The notes under the pieces were generated by a model. It worked only from the letters and a program-made list of their open reading frames with translations, was not told where the DNA came from and made no database searches. Source: Lama guanicoe (taxonomy: Eukaryota). Taken from it: a stretch of 64,000 nt of DNA. The position numbers and the translations under genes are program-made. Position 1 is the first letter of the stretch. Each line of letters begins with the position of its first letter. This document shows, in pieces, positions 14,046-25,700 of this stretch. The stretch lies in NCBI GenBank assembly GCA_013239625.1, contig MU054212.1:5802270-5866269 (forward strand). The letters are read 5' to 3'.

Positions 14046-14899
14046 ACTATGAAATACTTTCTGTCTAAAATACTCTGATTAAATGGTTTCTCTGAAATGA
14101 AAAAGCTTCCAAAACCTGATACATAAATACAAAGATAAAATTGCTCTTCTACCAAACCTTTTAAAAAATATTCTGGAAAGTTTAAGAGTGCTCTTAACTC
14201 TAAGATTACAAGCAAACCAAAATGGTGTTAGCAGATTTTCCCCTACCCTCTAGGTTGAACTGGAGTCCCGATGTTTAGAAGTGCACAGGTAAACAGCGGC
14301 TAGCAGGTCGTCTGCTCTGGGGGAAATGTCTTTAAGTAAATAAAAGTGCACAAAGATACCCTACTTCACTATATTTTAAAAAAAAACTAAATGAAAAAAT
14401 ACAGTAGGAAAGATGTCATCTGAGTATTATCAGAGATCCGATCTTGCAACGCACTGTTTGTATATTACTGATATCCAAGGCACCACGTAACTGTTTAGTC
14501 CAATTTTATTTCTAATTGTTTGCATTCAAAAATCTGCATTAATGGTTGCTTGGTGCACTGGTTTTCTTCTTTGGATTTGTAGCTACTTTTAATAAAATAT
14601 ACTATGGCTTAACACCTAAAGTATATCTTGCTCAACTTTAGATCTACCCACACACACTCTGGCTAAAAATAAATGCTTTCCACAGCTAGATTTGGGGGAA
14701 TTTTGTAAGTTTTGTTTTACTTTCCAGTTTTAATTGTCACCATGAGAAGCAGCCAGCTAGATTCTTTTTCAGTGTAGTCAAGGCTAGCTTTTGCACTTCC
14801 ACACCATGATTAATTTATTATTTATCTGGTACCTTCCTATTAAAACAGGTCTTTAGCCTGTGAACTTTTCTTTCAGCTTCCAACAAAGGATTTCATTGC

Positions 14900-15133
14900 T
14901 TTAGGAATTGAGGTGTGTCTAAGTTTTTACCTGGGAGCAAAAGTGATGCAAGCGTTTCTGGTGAGACCAATCCTTGGTTTAGGGTGGGGAGGAGCTGCAT
15001 AACAGGCCATCTGCAGACTCCTGAAGACAGCAGAGACGCTGAGAAAGGGCTTTCCTCACACATCGCATGCAGGCTATTGGAAGGACTAAAGCAGCAGCTC
15101 CCTTGGATCCGTTCACCAGGGACAGCAGCAACA
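14900..15133 (+). promoter_or_regulatory. DSG3: DSG3 core promoter and 5' UTR (TSS probably near 15026)
   Basis: CpG-poor; TATA-like CATAAC at 14998-15003 with GGGTGGGG upstream; UTR sequence resembles the human DSG3 mRNA 5' end as recalled. Confidence 0.65.
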
Positions 15134-15181
15134 ATGACTTGGCTCCTTTTCAGAACCACAGGGGCTCTGGCCATTTTGATG
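15134..15181 (+). CDS. DSG3: DSG3 exon 1 coding part ([16 protein letters not shown])
   Basis: acaATG in good context; donor ATG|gtaagt. Confidence 0.95.
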
Positions 15182-16710
15182 GTAAGTCCTTTTTTTTTTT
15201 GTAATAATTGCAAACTTTCCCTGTTTCTTTCCTTGTAAGAGAATGTTATATTTGACTGCTGAATCTCTATTTTAAATCTGAAAAAAAGTGTGGTGGAAAG
15301 AAACATTTTTATTGAAATTGTGAAGATTACCAATTTCCCTCTTTCGTTGGTTTTTTTAAGGTTGTAATTTACATAGAAAAACAAGCCAGAGAGAAATTAA
15401 TTTGAAAGTCACCAGTTAGCGTTTCTTTAATGAACGAGTTAAATAATCCTGATCTCAAGTCTGTTTTCCACAGCAACTTTGCTTTCTTCAAAGTAATGCT
15501 GTTAATCATCTTTTTATTCATACTTTAATTCTAATACACACACTAAAACACATGAAAGAGAAGAAGGTCTATTTTCCAAGCTTATATATCTCTTAAGCAT
15601 ATGGCTAAGAATCGTACATACATGCCTGGTCTTGATACCTGACATGTTTTCCAGTAGTCAAAGACTGCTGAGTTAAAAATCAAAGCAATGTTTGACTCTA
15701 GAGAAGGTGGGAGGATTATTTAAAAAGTGTTTGTGCTTAGCCATTACATGCAAAGACATCCAACCTTTAGGGGCAAAAAGACACAATATTTTACAAGCCA
15801 CTTGTTCAAGAGAGTAATACTTTTGCTGATTGGGCAAGTTTTATATAATATTATTGAAAAGAGAAGAGCAATCTGGAGAGAAGAGCACTGACCTGGATGC
15901 CACAGACTAGTTTGCTTGTTAACTGTGTTGTTTAGGTGAAGAAAAAAAATTTGTCAGAATATTATCAGTTGCACAAAGATATCAAAATAGTGAAATATAT
16001 CATAATGAATATGAAAAAGTTCCTAATACTAATTCTTCACTTTATCAACAGTAAGTTGAGTTGGCCTACAAATCAGTTTCCTTCATTTCCTCATCTAAAA
16101 GAATTGAGATAACTGAACTTCAAGAAGTTACAGGGAGACAGATGTCAAGAAAGAAGTTTCTAAAAATTAAATATGTTTAAAAATAGAATAGACTGCCTGT
16201 GAGCCAGGGTTTCACCCTTCCGTCTCACGCCCATGGTCAAGCAGAAAATTGGTATCATGTCTTCTGTTAGAGTCTGTTTCGATTATGACAGTGTAACTAA
16301 CTGTTTTGGTAATCTAATGAATTCAATTGACCCAAAGACAAATGTGGCAGTGGTGCGACCTCTCCACCTTTCCAGATGGTCATTTCTGAACTAAATGAAC
16401 AGCAGGTGTAGTCCATTGGTCCAAGCCAATGACCAACTTGGGAAGCTAGGGGATACGCGGCAGGGGATGTCAGAACAGTGTTGTTCTGTAGTTGGACTGC
16501 ACAAGCAAGCTAGAGAGCTTTCTTCCCTGCTTTGACATTTATCACACTCAGTTACCCCTCTGGTTCTGGAGTGACTGTGAGATCTTTACACCGAGGGCTG
16601 TTTTATTTGTCTTTGTATTCCCACTGCCTACCATAGTATCTATCTTACAGTGGGCACACAATTGCTTGAAGAACGGATAAATGAATGATTGAACGAGGCC
16701 TCTCTAAACT

Positions 16711-16741
<31 letters not shown>

Positions 16742-19700
16742 CCCGCCCCACAATGGTGTCTCTATAATGCTAATCATGGAGGAAGCTATGAGAGGTTAGA
16801 ACACTTTGCTCCCCTCAGGAAAATTTTACAGACACACATACACAAACAAACAATCTATTTAAACACAAGCATAACTTCATACATTACTGTTACACTGAGA
16901 AGTCTAGACCGGCTCTGTCCAATATGGTAGCCACTAGCGACATGTGGCTATTAACCACTTGAAACGGATCGGTATTGAGATGTGCTGTTAAGTGTAAGAC
17001 ACACACACCAACCATATTTTGAAGACTCCGTATGAAAAAAAAAAAGTAAAATATGTCATTAACCCTTTTTATGCTGATTACAAAGTGGAATGACAGTATT
17101 CTGGATACATTAGTTAAAAATTATTGATAAAATTAACTTCACTTTTTAACCTTTTTTAATACGAATATTAGAAAATTAAAAATTATATACCCAGCTCAGG
17201 TTTGTGGTTACTGTATTTCTACAGAACAGTACTGGTCTACTCTTAACGCTATGAGTAGAAGGCAGGGTCAGTCAACAGTGAGACAGGCAAATAAGGCTCC
17301 ATGGACGAGGTGAGATCTGAGCTGCTTTTTGACAAGTACAGATGGGCCACACAGAGATGTCTTCAGTTGTCAGACCAGCACCAGCAAAGGCAGGTACACC
17401 TGCCTAGGGGCAATGGACACACTGGTTTGACCAGAATGATAGTTTGCACTGGAGAATCTGGATATGAGTTAGAAAGGCAGATGAATGAGGGTTGGATTGA
17501 AAAGCACATTCTGTGAAGGGTAATGAAATCCTTTCAGAAGTGGGGATCCACCCAGATTTTTCGAAATGGTGTGGTGATGGGGAAAAAAAAAAGGTTTTAA
17601 AAGCACTGTGGAGTGGGAATGCACATCTTTTGTTGCTAAAGGGTGGGGTCTGAAAGTTGGAAGACCTGTTTGGAGGTTTTGAATTAATTCCACCATCCTA
17701 TGACCACTTTATGACCAAGGTATAAAAGCTAAGTCACAGACTTCAGTTTATGCCTGTACCACTGACTCACTCCAGGCATTGTTTCCCCGACTGTCAAATA
17801 AGAAGAATTAATCATATCCTCCCGCCTAGTGAGAATGACCGGAGTAAGAACAAAGTAGCAATGTGTGCGAAAATGTGCTCAGGAAAATATAAAGAGCTTT
17901 GTAAGAGTCTAGTTTCTATTATTTGTAATATTTTAGTAATAAAGATGATTAATTAATATTTTGCCTTCCTATTTTAAATAACCACCGACATCAGTTATAA
18001 TAAGCTAAGAAAGGACCTACATTTTTCTTGAGTGTGAAAGAGCATATCAAAAACAGTTGTGAGATAAATTGTTTGAAAACTGACAGAAAAAAATTAAAAC
18101 TTTATTTTAAATGATTATGATAGTGGGTTCAGGGAAATAACGTATTTTCAAAGTTGGCGCATTACTCAAAATTTCAACTGTTCAGTCTTCTAGATTAATT
18201 ATTTGAGAGGGGAAGGCATGGGAAACACCTGACTATTGTTGGAAAATGTAATGTTTGTCAGTTTCCCATGTTTGTTGGATCCTTTCACACAATACCAAAT
18301 AAACATTTTGGGGAAAGGATTCGTGATTGAAAAATACTTATCTCAGAGATTTAACCTTTTGAAAACAGTATTTGTCTTCAAAGGAGACCACTGCTCAGCG
18401 TTTTATGGTCCACAAAATCTGAAACACAGTCTGTCATAAAGCACTCCTGTAACATCTGGACAATAGCTATTGAATTTCATGTTACTACATTATGGGAAGA
18501 ATTAGTCATTACGAAACTAATACAGATGTTTGAAATCCAAAGGTTTTTAAAGCACAATGTTTTAAAGAAGTTAGGAAAAGAGAGAAAAGTAGTTTAAATA
18601 TCAAGTTCTGAGTTAGAATGTGTTCTAAATAAAGCAGAACACTCTTTAACCAATCTCCCTGTACAGACCATCCAGAAGGTAAATGTTTAAGAAAGGAATT
18701 GTACACTAAGTGGCCCAAATTTTTAATGGAAGGAAAATCTCTGATGTATCTTTCCTTCTCTTGATTGATGAAACAATCCAGTTTTCAGTGCTAATAAATA
18801 TATGAAGATTAATTTCCCCCTGAACTTCTCCAAAAGTTAAGATTCTAAAATCAGAATAACCTTGCCAAGCAATTCCAGCCAGCCCTGTCTGACTTGGACA
18901 AAACTTAAGAAAGATGTAATTACTTCTACCAACTACCGCTCCCACTTGCTTAATACCTAAAACTGGTTTTCATTTAGAGCAAGAACCCTCAGCGCCCATA
19001 AGATTTCCCGTAAACCTCTTAGCCTTTGGCTCTTCCTTTCCCCAGTGAGGAGTCAATCTGATAGCCTACGGTGAGGGCTTGCTTTGGGAAGTTCATGACA
19101 AAAAAATTACACAGGCAATTGGTTACCATCCATAATTACAGTGTGAATAACTGAATTTTTTGTAATAGGCACATTTTTCTTGTCACTGTACAGTTGGCCA
19201 GGCTGTACACTGCACAATGCCAGGAAGTGCATTCACATAAACCACAAATGTGAACAGTGCCCCCTGAAGTTGTATAGGAAGCAACCTACACAACTGTACA
19301 GTGGAGCACTGGTTCTTGTCTCTTTCAGATGCTCAAGAAAGAGAAAGTTCTTATGTGCCTTGAAGTGAATAATAACAAAAAGCCACTTCATATCAAAGTG
19401 GCTTTTTTACACCTTTTTTTAAAAGTCTGAATGTCAGAAGTAATTACCACTTACTGAGCAGTTACTGTAGGGAAGGGCTCATCTGTGTGCCTTAGACTTA
19501 TTAATTCATTTAACCCTCACAAAAAAACCTATAAAGTAAGTAGAATTATCATCCCCATTTTACAGATGAGGAAGCTGAAAAATTAAGTAATGTTCCCAAG
19601 TTACTCAATTGGCACATGGTAAGACTGGGATGTAAATTCAGGGATTCAGGATCTAGTGTCCAATTTTGTATCACTATACTTGACTGCATCCTAGACAGCA

Positions 19701-22700
19701 TTTAAAATGAGCACTTGAAAATATCCATGGGTATTTGTTTTTCTTAGCATCTCCATCATGATACAAGGCTTAACTTTCTAAATTGAGTTTATTCTAAAAG
19801 TCAGTTATTAGAAATTGAACTGTCTTAAATTAAATAATGTTAGGTAATTAAACAGATCATTTTTATTCAATCAAGGAAACTGCCTTGATAAATACAAAGC
19901 TTATTAAAATACTTTCAGGTTTTTTATTTTTAATTTTAAAAAGTCTATATATATATAGAAAGCTATGAGACATCATAAAAGATAAATCACTCATTTGTTT
20001 TAAATTGTATGTATGAAATTTAGTCAAACATGTATTGAATGACCTCTATGATTTGAAAAATTAATAATCATATCTAACTAATTATAAAAATAATATCACC
20101 CACCTATAGATCATGAAATTTTCCGAAAATAATTAATAATTAAAATATTAATACATAAAAAACAAGCTTAAAATTTGTAATGATTTCTTTGAATAACCTA
20201 ATTCATTCTACAAATTTCCCAGAGGAAAGTGGGTGTCATCCACTCTGACCACATTCTAAGAAGAGTGGCCACAGCCTAGGCTAGCTGGGACTAGCTCCAC
20301 ACAGATCTCATGCACAGCCTAACAGTCTGAGTGTCCCTCCCACACTAAGGTTCCAGGTTACTCTAAACAAAACCTCAGCCAAACTCAGTAAAAAGCAATT
20401 GTGATTACATATGATTTTTTTATCATATGTAGTCACCCATATCCTCAAAATGTATTTATTGTGGATCCACCACATTCAGTAGGAACCTTAATGATATAAC
20501 AATATACATTTTAATGAGCACATAGGTACTATGAATATCAAATTACTTCATTGTATGCTTTTTACTAATTTAATAATCCCACTTGCTTTTAATAAAATAT
20601 TTCTAATTCTTACATGTACCAAGTTATTTAGGCCATATCAATGCTTTAAAGATCATGCAGTCAAAATTACAAAATAACCAGGAAACAAAGAAAGGAAGAA
20701 AAGTGTAGAAATTCTCAAGATAAGGAGTGTTTTCTCCATATTGCTATTTCTGAGAATCTAGATTACAAAAAAAGACAACTTAGTTGATTTCTATTTTTGC
20801 CAGGCAGAAAACTACTGAAATGTTTATTAGGTATTCAAAATAACTATATGAACAAAATAACCAAGACAACTAAGTAGCCACATATAAGTATTAATTAACT
20901 AAAATAGTAAAGTTTTAAAACAAACACTCTTCAAAATAATGTAAGGCTATGATTATATTTCCAAGTACATGTGTAAAAAGTATTGCAATATTCATAAGTA
21001 TTTCTTATTAACTGCCCCATATTCCCAGAAACAGAAGAATAGTCACGTTTTCACAATACTCCCTAAAATTGGGAACATTCTTGGTGTTTTGACTTTAAAA
21101 GAGAGGATGGGGGAGAGTGAAAGTTTGACTGAATAGCTGCTCCAAGGGCTCTGATTCAAGGAAATGAACAAATAGGGAACAACTGTCTGCGATGCTCATT
21201 CTCCATAATTTAGGGTTTGTCCGTCCTTTGCTTCCCAGGAAAACAGAAATTGTGTCTTAACGTCTATTAGAAGAATCATTCTCTGTGGGGCTAGTACAAA
21301 CATGATTCATATTTTCTGGATGACTCCTTCCAGGCTTCCTGTAAAGAGGAGCCTGCCTGGCCCACCCCTCCCCTCACGTGTGGCTGAGTCGTTGGGATCA
21401 ACTGAGAAAGGAGTAATATAATTACTACATTGCTCTGCTCTCCTCTCCCAAGTAACTCATGCTGTTGTGTAATAAAGACCAGCAAAGCTGTAAAATCCTT
21501 TTGAGTAATGATTCTTTTTCACGACAATTTTTTTTAAAAAAACACCCTTTGAAATAAAATTTCAACCAAATATTTAGAATGGAAGGGTCCTGGCATCCTA
21601 TGTCTGATCTGGTTATTCCTTTGGTTCATACTAGAACTGGCCTCTTCATTACAACTTTCCAAAATAAACAATAACAAATGTATTAAATCTATATTGTTTC
21701 ACGAGTAACCTCAGCCTTTGCCAGGCAGAAATCTAAACAAACTATCATAGAACTGTCTTGTTACCACTAATTTTTTTCAATTTATTTATGCTGATTTTGG
21801 TTAGAATCTAGTGTAGTGGTGATGTGCACACTTTGGAGTCAGGCTGCAGAGGTTCAACCCTGGCTCTCCTAAGGCTGTTAGCTGGGGCAAAGTACTCAGT
21901 CACTCCTGTCTCCATGTCTTCACCCACGAAACAGGGGTCACAGTAATAGAATCTCCTTCAGACCACTGCTATATTAAATGAGATAGTAAATATAAAGCTT
22001 TATAAATAGCAACTAACACAAGAACCGTAATTTCTTTTCTTCTGATTTATTTTCACAGTCTTTTCCCTACCAGATTCTCTTCAGATCAGATAATCAGTCA
22101 GTCAGAAAATAGTTGTCAGACACATGCCAAGGGACAGGTATTGTAAGGACTGCAAGGGAAAAAAAATAATATAGAAGCAATGATTTGGAAAGTTTGCAAT
22201 TTTCTTGGCTTATCACCATCATGCACACAAAACAGTAAGAAATAATAAATCAGGGGAAACCACTATGGGCTAAATTGCATGGTCCAGAATCTGTGTTGTA
22301 CAAACTCAGAAAAGGAGACATCAGTAAGGACCCTGTTGGAACTTGAAATGATCTTAAAGGATGAGCAGTATTTACGTGTGTGAAGGAAAAGAAGAATGCA
22401 TTCCAGTTAGAAAACAAGATGGAAAATGACACAGATGGAGGTCCTACGTGCTCTTGAGAAAGTAAAGATCCTAGCCCGCCTAATAAGACTTCATTTTCTT
22501 TTCATTTAAGTTTTTAAGCTCAATATTTAAATTGAAGTAGTGGGGCAGAGATGAGCAGATCTGTGTCCCACAGCAAACAGTACTTGTGCTTAGAACAGCA
22601 TATCCCCACCTTTGACGTTCCAGTCTCTAAACTAGGCTACCTCCATTCTGTTCTCTTGCCTCCTGTACGACTAAGAAAGTGATTCCCCTGTGACTGCGGC

Positions 22701-25700
22701 TAATACAGCCTTGCCTTTGTACCTGTCAGTTGGGTAGGTCACGGTTTTTAATAATCTCCTATGGCACTTTCTGAAGCTTACCACAATGACGCGCACCATT
22801 GCCTCCCGAAGCAACAGTTTCCATAGCTCCCGGGAAGTGTTTATACACAAGCCAGGTAAGAAATGTCTGGTTGCTGCAACGAACTGTTAGAGTTTTGAAC
22901 AGTCCAACAGACTCTTCCGTATATCATTAAAATTCGGTAGTTAGATTAAAAAACTGGAGGAACTTGTTTATATTGAGAGTATCATCTTTTCTCTGAGAGG
23001 ATTTTACCCTTTGAATCCTGTTTCTCCAAATCTACTTCTTATGAAATGGAAACAAACTTCAATGAACAGCACAATGTAAAAAATCAGGATTAGCATCTCA
23101 TGTAATTCCTTATTTAAAGAATTCACATTTAATCTGACTTTATTTAAATGTCTACAGGTGGTCCTATTGGTTCATGGAGAATTGAGAATAGAGGTAAAGT
23201 ATAAAAATGTTTTTGTAATTAAAATAATTGTTTAGCTAAAAAATTTTGTTTATCTAATATTTTAAGTTATTTAATAACTTAATTGTAAAAAAATTAAAAT
23301 TCTAACAACTAACACAATAATATATAAATAACAGCAATGTATATGTCACTCTTGTAATTTATCTCACACAGTCTTTTTTCTTATCTTAAATAAATAAATA
23401 GGTTTTCATTAAACTGGTCCTATGTGCCCCAAACAGTCAGATATTGTGGAATATATACAGGAAATATAAAATACGATTAAATGCTAATATTAAAAATCAT
23501 ATAGCTTTATAATTGTTTGTCATTTAATGTTCCTTCTTTGCTTGGGAATGTGAGATAGAGCAAATTAGACAGTTAATGGTCTTAGATATCTTGAAACAAA
23601 GAGGGTTTCTCAACCCAGGTGTCTATAAACAATATTCAAAGCAAAAATTTCCAACCATGTGCCTAATAAAACGGAATCCCTCTTCACTAGACAAAAGGAC
23701 AACACGGAGAATATGAGACAGCAGTACAACAAGCCAAAAGGAGATATAAACGTGAATGGGTGAAGTTTGCAAAACCCTGCAGAGAAGGAGAAGACAACTC
23801 CAAAAGAAATCCAATTGCCAAAGTAAGTCTTATGAGCAGGGGCAATGTGAGTTTTTAGAATAAATATATTATATGTGAATTAAAACAAGGGAGAGGAGGG
23901 TATAGCTCAGTGGTAGAGGTAGAGCACTATGCTTAGCACACACAAGGTCCTGGGTTCAACCCCCAGTACCGCCATTAAAAAATAAATAAACCTAATTACC
24001 TCCCCTCTACACCCCAAATAATAATAAAAAGTAAATTTAAAAACTTTTAATTAAAATAATATGGCAATCCCAATTAGCAAAATGCAGACTGGTAAGTCCA
24101 CAGAACAAATAACCTGGTATTGTCAACAAAAAAATGCAATAATAATAATTTAAAAGAAAGAAAGAAAGAGGAAAGAACCATAGCTTCTAAAGTAATAAAA
24201 ATAATTAAGAGACATAACCAATTTCAATGGACAAGTCTTTTTGGATCCAGATTCTAGCAAATAAATAGGAAAATATACATGGACAAGTGTTTTGTTTAGG
24301 GCAGCAAATTATGCTCAGAGAATAAGGCTGTCTTCACCGGTAATTTATTTAACACAGGCTCATTGCAGGAATTATAATAATTTCACAAGTCAATAGCATA
24401 TAGGATAATGTCTCTTACTAAACCAGTAAAAAAATACCATACTCCTAATCAAAAGTAGATTAATCACACCATTGTCCTAGGCAAGGAAGAGGGTAGAGAA
24501 CTAAAGCGCAAATTTAATTGAGATGTACCTTTCTACAAGTTGGTTCTTGGGAGTCAGCTTAGACAACCACAAGCTGATACTCAGCTTCCAGTGCAAAAGC
24601 AAAAGTCCCTCATCGCTAGAGCATGTTACTAGGGAACGAAGGCGGTGCTGCTGGCAGGGGAGCTGATCTCCTTTGCAGGGCAGCTGCACAGTTTTCACAC
24701 TGGCAGGCAACGAGCTGCCTTGCCTAGGCAGGAGCTAATGCCCCAAGGTCTTCAGAGAGCTGTTTAGATCAGCAAACAGTTGCCTTGCCCAGACCGAACA
24801 CTCTCAAGAAGTCTTCACAACCTCCTGGTATTTAAAGCCTGTCTGTCCCCAGCCATAGTGGCTCCTCAACACGTTCTTCTCTATAAGCCGGAACGTCGCT
24901 CCCAGTAGCTGAGCTGGAGTGTTTACTGACAGCCGCTGATGTCCACCACGACATCCTGACGCAGCTTCCTCACTGTAAACAACTTCACTCTAAGAACAAA
25001 ACAACTTCATTCTAAGATCAAAAATTTTTTAAAAAGTGTATCTTGAAATCATATCAAACCAAATACACAGCAATAAGACAGTTAGAAAAATGGTTGACAG
25101 TCAACACTGGGTTGACCATGTATTCAAAACTGCTGAAGCTGGGTGATGAGATATATGAGGTTCATTATATTATCCTAACTTTATATTTGAAATTTTCCCT
25201 GTTAAAAAGATTAAAAATTAATAATAGCAAAAGCAAATCATTTTAATACATATTTTCAACACTATATAATCCCTTTTTTCCCTCCAGCGCCCCTATTTAA
25301 ACTTCTTTTTTTTAATGTTATCTGCTAAAGAAGGAAGCATTCAGAAGTGGTTTTGTTGCTATTAAGTGTCCTTGACTTTCTTTCAACCTTTTAACATCAC
25401 CCTGGTGGCCACAATCTGGGCAAATATGCTAAAACCAATATGATTGACGCATACTGGTCCATGCTGGCCAACAGAAGCAACAATTTGAATTTATTTCATA
25501 TCAAGGCAAAAGGCAAACAGCACAGTGTAAAAAAGAGTGAATAAAATGAACAGGTAACTTCAGCATATGGAGGAGAAGAGGGGAAGGAGCAGGCTGAGTG
25601 ATGGTCTCCTTAACACTTTTGGTATTTTTGGTTGCAGATTACTTCAGACTTCCAAGCAACCCAGAAAATTACCTACCGCATCTCTGGAATAGGAATTGAT

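Noticed and set aside
14915..15133. In-frame N-terminal extension of DSG3 from a GTG start
   Set aside because: It begins upstream of the likely TSS, has no in-frame ATG and would displace the signal peptide.
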